DNA of 43,045 nt, from positions 1 to 43,045 of the IMG/VR virus record IMGVR_UViG_3300032326_000838, one strand, 5' to 3'. The DNA is from a virus. Its lineage: Duplodnaviria > Caudoviricetes. The notes beneath the pieces were generated by a model that did no database searches, had not been told where the DNA came from, and worked only from the letters and a program-made list of their open reading frames with translations. Shown here in pieces: positions 9,801 through 18,572 of this stretch (position 1 is its first letter; each line of letters opens with the position of its first letter). The translations under genes were made by a program, and so were the position numbers.

Positions 9801-10314
9801 CGACAGACCTAAGTCTTGTGCCATTCTCGACAAGATACATAAATGGTTGAACACTTTTGTTTGCTGCTGCCAGCATGGCGTCGTGATCCAGATTCATGTC
9901 GCGGTAGCCATTGGCCACCCAGTCGGCATATTGCTCTGGGGTTGTGGTCGCCGTGACAAATGCGTAGTCATCGGGGGCGTGAGTTTCCCAATTACCCAGC
10001 AGGGCCTCGGTGACCGCCCCCATCTCCTGGGCTTTCACGTCGTCGAGATTGTCGGCTAGCTGGGCATAGTTGGTGAACCTGCCATCCATCCCTACAGGCG
10101 TTTCACGCTCTCCCAGCGCTCGCCGCACTGCTGCATTGACCGCCTGAGAGTCGGCGACGCCAACGAAGTTCCGCCAGATCGTGGACACATCGTTGCCCGG
10201 GTTGTCGTTGATCTGCCTGCTGACCCGTTGGGTGTAGGCCATCTCCCCTTGGATCCTGGCCAGCTCGGCCTCTGCTGCAGCCAGTTGCCGCTGCAGGTCA
10301 TCGCAGTTGGTCAC
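6865..10314 (-). CDS. internal virion (ejection) protein, gp16-like C-terminal part
   Basis: 1149 aa, between the internal proteins and tail fibre; GKLTGNGPVDPKDRQQW segment typical of gp16-like proteins. Confidence 0.75.
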   Translation of the reverse strand: MTNCDDLQRQLAAAEAELARIQGEMAYTQRVSRQINDNPGNDVSTIWRNFVGVADSQAVNAAVRRALGERETPVGMDGRFTNYAQLADNLDDVKAQEMGAVTEALLGNWETHAPDDYAFVTATTTPEQYADWVANGYRDMNLDHDAMLAAANKSVQPFMYLVENGTRLRSVADFSKHNLVESIAALRGFMQEAGDTPPTELGARFVENYKKALIAERHNAFARRQGGKYLQSLQRAIGDGSDLPAPTRDIWAPPEATPGVPGGDPLNLTPDDLGDDTLIGKVLQAIDQGPDGVEALKQLELDIRIDSIDPEAALDRLWRSPGARRDLGYFKDSWFWNFNTQVVLNLGSNAVMERVGLLRTAIENGPMMAPFGTKLFRTSMKDRLEGIQVAWEANKQMGATMNLGAMELYREGFLTGNTPFANDVTVHGKTMDPEEALRVAREVWHKPIANPWANIADFSPGGKGLLGDEGLLRDLRDKIHVGTRLTIHALLKKATGIDFPINQAFAGLAAVDNVAGMRLFRFKMRNDLLMQARKDGLQLGLLDDAGIPDTQRVNDWVNKKMEDAVYQEIPTEQNLLDFRRKHSLTAEMVDDEQLRAYMIKSNRVVGYPVLADDLSQRAWDYADRMRFQNTPDGPLGGTAYKVAKAVQESSWIGDAVLAPVIKMPINGLIFDVMEMGLGPTVPTLKFLNEKLHGRMPTAAQTAQVEAAWVTSGLLAAGFFALDNDTGKLTGNGPVDPKDRQQWLARMKAEGRVPNSVYGIPIPLGGIPILNTLFLWKDVKDAMEAAGASQMDKRKVAMGMMQVLTGAIVRQTTLAMMQRLLELSSRGDEQAWGKFAGWVAAGQFNPFSGPTRMIERYSGSTRNDMFEYPKISPADEQLIAKAELPPELQFTRDGIKNLLVNLQPLAGRIAGIPYRETDWLGRAIHLPEGMDQEGFPSGFPGFYNSPVHRELEKQQLLDPPTPLLSAHHKGVPLSPEVQKELNGYIGTIVGEDDFPATRYLAGQAFTYAVQGREETIIDLPNGSKVRFGVNVPIPTALGDAVARAVKGRTVYQAMEHLFRSPEYKAIQANKLTSSNPEVNDLPPAARLQQPGPWMIRAVKSYYENRAIWELDGSDTEPAQEYQRLMTAANEGSLQRAIEKAGVLQALPQGD

Positions 10315-13300
10315 AGTCCGCAGCCTCCTTCGTTGAGTTTGTTCTTGAGATCGGCGACCTTTTGGCTGGCCTTGCCGGCCTGGCGGCCCTGCTCGGGCAG
10401 GGGCAGGCGTGGGGTGTCACCACCAAATGGTTGCACCGGGATGACGGCAGTGGCGCCATCAGCATCCTTGACCCCATCCTTGACGGCCTTTTTGACCATG
10501 GCGCCATGGGCAGCAACCTGATCCGCGTCGAAGCCGGCGGCGGCCAGTGCCTCCCGGTACTTCTGGGCCGCCCTGGACTCGCCCTTAGTCCGATCGCTGG
10601 CCAGCATGTAGGCCGTGCGGTCCAGGTCTGACTCGAACTGCAACTTCTTGTTGCCGTAGCGCGGGGCCGCCTTGCTCAGGTCGTCGGGCAGGACGAATGG
10701 CGGGGCATTGCCGACCTCGGCGGCGATCAGGGCCTTCCTGGCGGGTGGCGGTAGCTCGCCCACATCTTCCAGTTCAAGATCGATGGCCCGGCGCCGCAGA
10801 TCGAATATCTGTTCGCCAATGTCATCTAGCCGCTCATCCGATGCCTTCATGGCGTCAATCACGCCCCGCAGCGTTTCGGACAGCTTTTTGGGCTTGCCGT
10901 CACTGCTGGCTGCCACCGGCAATGGTTGAGTGTTTTGAGCCTCTTGCATCCGCTGACCAAAATCCTGGATAAATGCAGCCTGCGCCTCTTCTTTCGTCAT
11001 GCCTTTATATTTCTTGCCACGCTCCAAGATCCAATCAGTCTCGAAAAGCTGGCTGGCCAATATCGAAAACGATTTTACGTCTGACTCTTTCATCTTTTGA
11101 ATTACATCGCGCATCACACCGCTTATTGACCCCTTGGCCGCAGGTTGCACCACTTCGGGGGTGATGGCATCGGGGGTAGGCGCAGGGACCAGCCAGGCAT
11201 CGCCTACCCCGCTGTCCCGCTGCCGCTCTTCCCACGGCTTGAAGTCATACCCCTCGGCCTCGCGCATGGCCTTCTCGGCCTCCCAGCGCATCTGGGCATC
11301 GCTGGCCTGGTATTCAGCCCCCAGCACCAGGTCATGTTGCGCATCGCCCCAGTCGCCACCCAGCCCCTCGGGCACCTCCACGGGCCCGGTTTCCGTGGGC
11401 CGCACTTCGCCGTTGGCGATCGCCCGCTGCAGAGCGTGGCGCTCCAGATCGGCCCTGGTCACCGGGGGCAGGACTTCGGGAGTGATGGCAGCAAGGGGGG
11501 GAGGGGCAGCCGTCGGGGCCACGGGGGCCGGGGTATCAGCGCCACCCCTGGGCCTCAGGCCCGCCTCGCTCAGATATGTCTCGATGTTGTCGGCGATCTC
11601 CCGCTGCACTTGCTTGGCAATGACGCCAGGCTTGCTGCCGCTGGCGATCTCCGCCGCTCCCCTGTTGAGCACGCCGGCCAGGGGGCCGGGGGCATTCTTC
11701 AGCCTGTCAAACAGATCCAGTGCATAGGTCGCATCGGTGACCCGCTGACCAGCGATGCCGGTATTGACATCAGCCACACCGGCTTCACCCAGTGCCCCGG
11801 CGTTCTTGATGCTGTTGCCGAAGATCCGCTTCTCCCTGCTCAGCCCCTGGCGCACATCTGCGACCAGCTCGGCCCACTGCTCGATGGGGCTCAGGACGTC
11901 ATCGCCAAACAGGCTGCCCTGGGGTGATGTCACGATCACATTCCCCTGCTCCCCCGCCTTGCCGATCACCTCACGGAACGCACCGGCCGACATCTTGGGC
12001 CGCTGCTGCAGCACCTGATAGGCGCCGCGCATCCCCGCTTCATCCAGCCCCGACGCCCCCAGGTCCAGGTAGCGGCCTAGGTCGTGGGTTTCGTTGATGG
12101 CATCTTGAAATATCTCAGCCGGCAGTTTGCTCAAGACCAGGCCCTGGCGGCCATAGCCCTTGTCGGTCGGGATCCCGGCGGCATCCAGCTGCGCCGCGTC
12201 AGCCAAGCCTGTGGCCTTGATGAACTTGGCCGCATCGAATGGCGTGCCGGCCCCGGCGGCAATGTTGGCCATGGCCCCCTCGGCCCTGGCGGCGGGAGGG
12301 GTTGTGGCGTCTACCTCGCGGGTGATCAATGACGGCACCCCAAGCCGCTCGGCCAGGGCCCGCCGGTTGTGGCCGTTGACGACCACGGTTTCGCCGGTCT
12401 TGGGATCGGTGAAGGTGTCCACCACCCCTTCCAGGTTGGGGTTCCACTTGTCCACTCCCCCCAGGGAATGGCCCATCTGCTCGCCCTTAGCGTTGACGTT
12501 TTCCTTGTACTGAAACTCCTTGGGCCTGGCGACGACCTTGCCAATTGGCGTCAGGGTCACATCGTCCCGCAGCCGATTCGGCAGGATCGTGGTGCCCTGG
12601 GCCGAAAACTCCTTGATCCCCGCAACTATGTCCGGCCGGGTGAAGGCTTTCCAGTCGCGGCCGGTAGCGGCATGGATCAGCTCGAACAGCCGGGGACTGG
12701 CCTCCGGGTGGGCCAACTCCTGCAATGTGACGGTCGGGATCTTGTCGAACTGCTTGATCCATGGCTCCAGATCGCCAGCACCGTTCAGGTAGAGCTCGCT
12801 CAGATTTGCGGTCGGCATCCCGGCCGCGTCCTCGCTGACCTCGGCCCTGATGCGTGGCGCCGGCCTGGTGGCCACCACGTCATTGAGCTGCTGGAGCACC
12901 GGGCCACCATCGGCCCCAGCGACAGCCAGCGCCGCCAGCTCGTCGTCATCGAGGAGGCCCAGGGTTTTCTGGACATCGGCGACTTCGGGAAGGTCCCCGT
13001 TGTCCCAGAACTCTTCGGCTGGGTCGATCTGCGCTGCCGGGGGTTCCTCGGCAACCTGCAAGGAGGGCTTACCAGTTGGGGCGGGCGCGGTATCATCCGG
13101 CAGCCCAGGGGGCGGGGGCGGAACGGGGGCAGCGGGGTCTGGCACTGGCGCCACCCCTCCATCGTCCGCCGGCTTGCTGGGCTTAAACCGATCCAGGATC
13201 TGCTGCGTCCTTTCGTCCACCGTCAGCTTCAGCGGCGCCGGCTTGGCCCTGCCGGCCTGGGTGAACTGCTGCCGGCCGTCCACGTCCTCCACCAGCCCCG

Positions 13301-14270
13301 TGGCCTTCACCGCCTCGTTGGCCGTGGTGTGTTCCGTGTTGGCCCGCAGCGCCCGCTTCTGCCTGGCGATGTTGGGGAACTGGTCGCCGGCTTTGCTGAT
13401 CACCCGGGCACCGGCGGCGATCCCCAGCCCCAGCACTTCCCCGCCGACCAGGTTGGGCAGCACCGACTTCATGCCGGCCGTCACCCGGTCATCCTTGAGG
13501 GGGTCCACTGCCCCAGGGATCTTCTGGCCGGTCAACGCCTCGGCCATGTTGGACATGTTGCCCAGGGTGGAGTCCTGGGTGAAACTGCTCAGCCCGTGGG
13601 CAAGCCCCAGCCGGGTGCCCAGGCGCAGGCCCTTGCTGACCATGCTGGCCCCTTGAAACAGCTTGACCGGGGGGACCAGTGCTGCGGTACCGGCCTCCAC
13701 CCCCAGCGATCGGGCCGTGGTATCAATGATTCCCCGCTGCGGCTCGGTCAGGTCTTCGGGTTGCTTGGCGCCATCGGCGGCATAACCCGCTCGGGTAAAA
13801 GCATTCAGCGCCCGCCCAAAGCGTGATGCTTTCGGGTCGGCAAACTTGGCGCCCTTAAACACCCTTTGGCCGATGGCGATGATGCCTTCGCCTGCCGTCT
13901 GCGCAGCGCCGTAGGTGGCCGCCGCCTTGATCTGCCGCACGGTCGGGGAATAGCGGCCCGCCTGCCGCAGCGCCCCACCGATGGGGTTGACGGCATCAAC
14001 CAGCCCCATGATGCCTGGCTTCACCGGGCCCGTCTGCGTGGCCTCCAAGCTCTGGATCACCTTGCCGGCGTACTTCAGCTCATTGGTGACGGCATGAGTG
14101 AGGTTCTGCCACCACGGCTTCGCGGGAGCAGGTTTGCCCTTGGGCTTCGGCTTCGGCTTGGCCTTGGGGGCAGGGGTCGCCGGGGCGTCCGGCATCGGAG
14201 TGTGATCGTTGGCCGTGTCGTCGCCGGTGATGACGAGCTTCCCGTTTACGAAATCAACTTGTTGTGGCAT
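10311..14270 (-). CDS. large internal virion protein with ParB-like domain
   Basis: 1319 aa from ATG 14270 (TGATG-coupled); FQYK...VVNGHNRRALA...AMANIA ParB-like segment. Confidence 0.75.
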   Translation of the reverse strand: MPQQVDFVNGKLVITGDDTANDHTPMPDAPATPAPKAKPKPKPKGKPAPAKPWWQNLTHAVTNELKYAGKVIQSLEATQTGPVKPGIMGLVDAVNPIGGALRQAGRYSPTVRQIKAAATYGAAQTAGEGIIAIGQRVFKGAKFADPKASRFGRALNAFTRAGYAADGAKQPEDLTEPQRGIIDTTARSLGVEAGTAALVPPVKLFQGASMVSKGLRLGTRLGLAHGLSSFTQDSTLGNMSNMAEALTGQKIPGAVDPLKDDRVTAGMKSVLPNLVGGEVLGLGIAAGARVISKAGDQFPNIARQKRALRANTEHTTANEAVKATGLVEDVDGRQQFTQAGRAKPAPLKLTVDERTQQILDRFKPSKPADDGGVAPVPDPAAPVPPPPPGLPDDTAPAPTGKPSLQVAEEPPAAQIDPAEEFWDNGDLPEVADVQKTLGLLDDDELAALAVAGADGGPVLQQLNDVVATRPAPRIRAEVSEDAAGMPTANLSELYLNGAGDLEPWIKQFDKIPTVTLQELAHPEASPRLFELIHAATGRDWKAFTRPDIVAGIKEFSAQGTTILPNRLRDDVTLTPIGKVVARPKEFQYKENVNAKGEQMGHSLGGVDKWNPNLEGVVDTFTDPKTGETVVVNGHNRRALAERLGVPSLITREVDATTPPAARAEGAMANIAAGAGTPFDAAKFIKATGLADAAQLDAAGIPTDKGYGRQGLVLSKLPAEIFQDAINETHDLGRYLDLGASGLDEAGMRGAYQVLQQRPKMSAGAFREVIGKAGEQGNVIVTSPQGSLFGDDVLSPIEQWAELVADVRQGLSREKRIFGNSIKNAGALGEAGVADVNTGIAGQRVTDATYALDLFDRLKNAPGPLAGVLNRGAAEIASGSKPGVIAKQVQREIADNIETYLSEAGLRPRGGADTPAPVAPTAAPPPLAAITPEVLPPVTRADLERHALQRAIANGEVRPTETGPVEVPEGLGGDWGDAQHDLVLGAEYQASDAQMRWEAEKAMREAEGYDFKPWEERQRDSGVGDAWLVPAPTPDAITPEVVQPAAKGSISGVMRDVIQKMKESDVKSFSILASQLFETDWILERGKKYKGMTKEEAQAAFIQDFGQRMQEAQNTQPLPVAASSDGKPKKLSETLRGVIDAMKASDERLDDIGEQIFDLRRRAIDLELEDVGELPPPARKALIAAEVGNAPPFVLPDDLSKAAPRYGNKKLQFESDLDRTAYMLASDRTKGESRAAQKYREALAAAGFDADQVAAHGAMVKKAVKDGVKDADGATAVIPVQPFGGDTPRLPLPEQGRQAGKASQKVADLKNKLNEGGCGL

Positions 14271-17200
14271 CAGCGGGCACCCCCAGGGACCAGAACGATT
14301 CGGAAAGTTGTGTCGCCGTAAATGTTGGGACCATTCATTTTGCCGTTCCAAAGATTGCGGCCATTGTTTCTTGAAACAGCAACATCAAAGCCACGGGAAG
14401 CCGGAGACGTGCCATTCCATGTGGGATGCCGAGTAGAGAAAACAAGCGCACCGCTTGGGATCTTGCCCGCCTTTAACGCTGCCTGATATTGAGCCTCAGG
14501 AATAATGTTTGCATTCGCTTTCCCGTAGGGGCTGTTTAGCGCTTGCGTCTTGCCAAGTCCAGGCAGTGGCTTCCAGCCGTAAGAGTTCAGCAACTGCGAG
14601 GCCAGGCCACGCGGGTTGTTTCCGTTGTCCATCCCAGTTGCGGCCGGGTTCGGGAGCCCATTCCGCTCCAGGGTTTCCAGAACCGCAGTAACGCAGTAGC
14701 CGCTCGGGGCGGGGGCCAGATCACCCTTGCCAAGGGTTGCCAGAACCGGGTGCTTTGGAGTCGTGGTGGGCACAGGCCAATCACCACCACCGCTTGGCGC
14801 CGTGGATCTTGCCGCCGGCCGCCGATACGGGTTGAAGGAAATCAACCGTTGCGGTTGCGCCGGCACCCCCCCGGCCGGCATCCCCGCCGCGATTGATGGC
14901 TGGGTGCCGGTGATCGCATCGATCGCCCACATCGAGGCCCTGGCCAGCACGGGATAGGCCGCGTTGGCCGCAGTGGCGACGTACCGCAGGGGAGTCGTTT
15001 CGGCGCTGCTGATCTCCTGCAGGTGCTTCATCGCCTTGGGGGTGATCGTCATGCCGTAGCGCTTCATCTGCCCCTCCAGGAACTCGGCCGGCGTCCGGGC
15101 CCTGCCATCCATGGCGGCCCGCTTGATCTGGGGGCTGAAGCCCTTGCCGGACTGCAGCCGCACCAGCTCGGACTGGATGCCCTCCCGGTTCAGAATCGTT
15201 TCGTTCTGCCAATTCAGCAGTCGCTGCTGGCGATTCGGGAAGTTGTCGAGCTGCTGGACGCCGAAGGTTGGGGGCGCCGCCTGTGCCGGCTTGCCGGTGG
15301 CAGCAGGGCCCGCAGGGGTCGCCATGGTGCCGGGGACCGAAGGGGCGCCGCTGACCCGTCCGCCGGGGAACAGCGTTTTGTAGGCCGCCTTGCTGGTTTC
15401 GCTGAGGGTGCCGTATTGCGTGGCGGCCTTCTGAGCAATCTCTTCCGTCTCGGCCTCGCTCAGCGATGCCCCTTTCTTCGCCGCTGCAGCGCTGATGGCG
15501 GCGTTGACATAGGGGAACAAGGCGTTCTTGAGGTTGGCCCTCGCCCGGTCCTTGTTCGCCAACAGGCTCGTCAGCGCGTTGGGGGTCCGGGACAGCAACG
15601 CCTCCCGTTCGTTGCCCCCGTACTCACGAGTCAGTGCGGCAGCGACTTCGCCCTCAACAATCCGATTCACCGCCCCCCGGAACAGGGTGCCGCCCTTGCC
15701 GTCCTTCTCCTTGACGATCGCCTCAAACTGGCGGTCCTTAGCCCCCCGGTCTTTGGGGTCGATGTTTTCCCGCACCACCATCCAGTCCCGCCGGGCCTTA
15801 ACCGGATCCCAGTCATCCCCGAACTGGCCCTGCAGCCCCAGGAGGTAATCGTCGCCAGCGCCAGGGGCGTAGCTGTAGCCAGGGATGTCCTTGACCACTC
15901 CCACCATGCCCCCCAGTGACTTCAGGAACGGGGCCAGCGGGGCGCCAGGGTTCTCCTGCTGATAGCGCTTGAGCTGGGCCTGGGCCCATGCCTCCTTCGC
16001 CTCTTCGTCCTGCCGGTCAACCTGCAGCAGCCCTGGGAGGTCTGGCCGCCCGTTCAACAGCATGTCTTCCGAGCTTTCGAGCAGTTGCTTCTCCCGCCGC
16101 TCCCGTTGCTTAAACGCATATTCCCCATACTTCATTTCACTATCAATGCTTTCCTGGCTATACATGGCGCCAAGCGTCATGCGCTCTTTCTCGCCCGTCG
16201 CCGGGTTCGTCACAAGCGCTGGGCCAGTGCGGATCCCGCTGACAAACTTCTTAAACTGCGGATCGTCGAGCCCGTTTGCATCGGCATTGGAGAACAGGAC
16301 TTCGGCCACTTTCTTGCCGAAGTACGTTGGCTCCCCTGTCAGGCCCATCTTTGCCGATTCGCCGTCAAGGATTATCTCTGCTTGGTTGTAAAGGGCCGCG
16401 TCCATAGCCCTCTGGCTTTCGGGGCTGTCGTCGTTATTGATTGCCTGATTGCCAATGATGACTTGGCCTTCCTTGCGATACCGCTGGGCCTTAAAGTCCG
16501 CCCACAACGCCATAATCCGGGCTGCGGCAAGCGGCGGCACGGTGGCTTTTTGGTATTCAACCTTGTCCTTCAGCGACCGATTGGAGACCCTCTCCCAGGC
16601 TTGGTTAATCCTTGGCAACGTGTTAGCCAGGAAGCCAGGCGTGGTTTCGTCCAGTGCATATTTCTGGGCCAGATCCGAAGTCACCTTCGCCCGCAGCTGC
16701 TGGAGCATGGCGGGCCCCTTGTCGCCGGCCGCCAGGATCGCAGCGGCGTTCTGCTCGTAGGCCGACTCCATTGCGGACCCGATCTCTGCGCCCGCCAGCG
16801 TGGCCAGCCCCCGCTGCACACCCGTCTGCCGGTAGGGGTTGAGCAGGTCCATCAAGAACCCGCCCTCGGGGTCCCTGGCCGCCAGCCTCCGGTTTGCCGC
16901 GGCGTAGTCGTAACTGGCCGCCTCGTTGGTTCGGTCGGCGGTGCTCAGCGCCTGCAAGCTGGCGTTCCGGGCCTCGTCGTAAGCCTGCCGCTGGCCCCGC
17001 TGGGCCGCCGATGCAGCCGCAGATTCAGCGCTCTGCTGCAAGGTTGCAGTCAGGCTGCGCGAGAACGGCGCCAGGGCCTCGGCCAGCTGCTGGCTGCGGT
17101 TGACGCCGCCGATGCTGGCCATGCCGGGCCCCTGCAGCAGGGTGGCCCCGGGCAGCGCCGGCATCCCCGGAGGCGCGACCGGTGCGGCGAGCTGTATCTG

Positions 17201-17275
17201 CGCCGGCCGCGCAAAGTCGGAGACCGGCCTGGCAGCCGGGTTAATCGAGCCCAGGGGGAGGTCGGACTGCGCCAT
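14270..17275 (-). CDS. internal virion protein gp15-like with C-terminal CHAP/NlpC-like domain
   Basis: 1001 aa; N-terminal QLAEALAPFSRSL typical of gp15-like proteins; C-terminal GYCVTAV...PSGALVF. Confidence 0.75.
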   Translation of the reverse strand: MAQSDLPLGSINPAARPVSDFARPAQIQLAAPVAPPGMPALPGATLLQGPGMASIGGVNRSQQLAEALAPFSRSLTATLQQSAESAAASAAQRGQRQAYDEARNASLQALSTADRTNEAASYDYAAANRRLAARDPEGGFLMDLLNPYRQTGVQRGLATLAGAEIGSAMESAYEQNAAAILAAGDKGPAMLQQLRAKVTSDLAQKYALDETTPGFLANTLPRINQAWERVSNRSLKDKVEYQKATVPPLAAARIMALWADFKAQRYRKEGQVIIGNQAINNDDSPESQRAMDAALYNQAEIILDGESAKMGLTGEPTYFGKKVAEVLFSNADANGLDDPQFKKFVSGIRTGPALVTNPATGEKERMTLGAMYSQESIDSEMKYGEYAFKQRERREKQLLESSEDMLLNGRPDLPGLLQVDRQDEEAKEAWAQAQLKRYQQENPGAPLAPFLKSLGGMVGVVKDIPGYSYAPGAGDDYLLGLQGQFGDDWDPVKARRDWMVVRENIDPKDRGAKDRQFEAIVKEKDGKGGTLFRGAVNRIVEGEVAAALTREYGGNEREALLSRTPNALTSLLANKDRARANLKNALFPYVNAAISAAAAKKGASLSEAETEEIAQKAATQYGTLSETSKAAYKTLFPGGRVSGAPSVPGTMATPAGPAATGKPAQAAPPTFGVQQLDNFPNRQQRLLNWQNETILNREGIQSELVRLQSGKGFSPQIKRAAMDGRARTPAEFLEGQMKRYGMTITPKAMKHLQEISSAETTPLRYVATAANAAYPVLARASMWAIDAITGTQPSIAAGMPAGGVPAQPQRLISFNPYRRPAARSTAPSGGGDWPVPTTTPKHPVLATLGKGDLAPAPSGYCVTAVLETLERNGLPNPAATGMDNGNNPRGLASQLLNSYGWKPLPGLGKTQALNSPYGKANANIIPEAQYQAALKAGKIPSGALVFSTRHPTWNGTSPASRGFDVAVSRNNGRNLWNGKMNGPNIYGDTTFRIVLVPGGAR

Positions 17276-18111
17276 CAGTAGGCCCCCGCAGCGTCACCAA
17301 GGCCAGCCATGGCCGATCGACTCATCCCCTGCTGGCTTTGCTGATAGGTGCCGATGCCGCCCAGTAACGCGGTGCCAAGGCCCAGCGCACCGATACCACC
17401 GCTTGGAGCTACCCCTGTCATCGAGGGGGCGGACGGCATCATCAGCGCAGGCAGCGGCACAAACGGCGCCATGGGTTCGATGTAGCGGGTGGGCTCGTAG
17501 AAGCTCTGGCTGTTCCATTGGCTCAGATACCGGCCAACGGACGCGGCCTGCTGGCGGGTGTACTGCTTGTCCTGGAGCTTCCTGTTGATGGCAGCGATCG
17601 AGTCGTAATCCCCGGCCTGCTTGGCGTAGTTGTTGATCAGGCGGTCCACCGATTGGCCCTGCTGATCCATGGCCTGCACCGACGCCCTGCCCTGCAGCGC
17701 TCGCCAGTGATACTGCTGCTGGGCCACCAGTTCTTGCATGGCCGCTTCCTGGAACTGGGCCGCCATGGCCTCTGAGTTGCCGACGAACTCCGCGCCCGCC
17801 GCTGCACGGGTGTTTGCCACCAGGTCCGCCTGGCTTGCCTGTTTGGCCAGTTCAAAATTCTGCAGTTGGTGGACATAGGCCAACTGCTGGTTGTGCTGCA
17901 GCGTTGCTTGCCAATACTGCTGCTGAGATGCAGCGTTCTGAAATCTGGCATTCAGATCAGATTGCCATTTTGCAAACTTATTCGTTGCCTCCTGAAAAGA
18001 CCTTTGGGCCCTGTATTCCTGTTGCTGTGCCTTGGCCTGGGAATTGGCGCCGAACAGCCCTAGGCCGGTGCTGACCGCTGAGATGCCAAGCGAGATGGGG
18101 TTCAGGATCAC
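17275..18111 (-). CDS. internal virion protein gp14-like
   Basis: Gln/Ala-rich with Gly-rich hydrophobic ends; synteny; start GTG 18111 (or 18123). Confidence 0.75.
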   Translation of the reverse strand: MILNPISLGISAVSTGLGLFGANSQAKAQQQEYRAQRSFQEATNKFAKWQSDLNARFQNAASQQQYWQATLQHNQQLAYVHQLQNFELAKQASQADLVANTRAAAGAEFVGNSEAMAAQFQEAAMQELVAQQQYHWRALQGRASVQAMDQQGQSVDRLINNYAKQAGDYDSIAAINRKLQDKQYTRQQAASVGRYLSQWNSQSFYEPTRYIEPMAPFVPLPALMMPSAPSMTGVAPSGGIGALGLGTALLGGIGTYQQSQQGMSRSAMAGLGDAAGAY

Positions 18112-18572
18112 AGCGACCTCCACGCATTGGAAAACAGTTGCTTGCTAGGCCCGATCGGTTGCGCGGTTTCGATATGGAAGCCCATTGCTCTCAACCATTC
18201 CAGGGATTCTACGTTGGCCGCAAAGACCCAGTTCTCCACCATTGGATAGTGGCCCGCTTCCTCCTTGTCGGCCAGCAACTTGTCGATCCATCGCCGCCCC
18301 TGCAGCGCCAAAGCCCGCCGCCGTTCGGGTGTGGCCGTCAGCGCATCGGTCGCCAGTAGCCAGACGATCGAGCCATTCAGGCCGCAAACCCCCAGGGCCT
18401 CATCGTTTTCTGCACAGATGGAATGGACGATGTGCGACACCCGCACCGCCTCCCGCAGGGCCTCGGCGCCGCTGATGCCATAGGCGTACCGGCATTCGAG
18501 ATCATCGCTATGGCGCAGGTTGGCCGCCACTGCTTCGACGTGTTTTGCTGTTGCCGGGCATAGCTTGATCAT
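18108..18572 (-). CDS. gp13-like protein (acetyltransferase-like fold)
   Basis: NLRHSDDLEC...VWLLAT...ENWVFAANVESLEWLRAMGF; follows tail tube B. Confidence 0.8.
   Translation of the reverse strand: MIKLCPATAKHVEAVAANLRHSDDLECRYAYGISGAEALREAVRVSHIVHSICAENDEALGVCGLNGSIVWLLATDALTATPERRRALALQGRRWIDKLLADKEEAGHYPMVENWVFAANVESLEWLRAMGFHIETAQPIGPSKQLFSNAWRSL

Noticed and set aside
12369-13826. Long plus-strand ORFs opposite structural genes (also 8239-9180, 16085-17281, 349-1230 minus, etc.)
   Set aside because: Antisense shadows expected from high GC3 codon bias; no motifs
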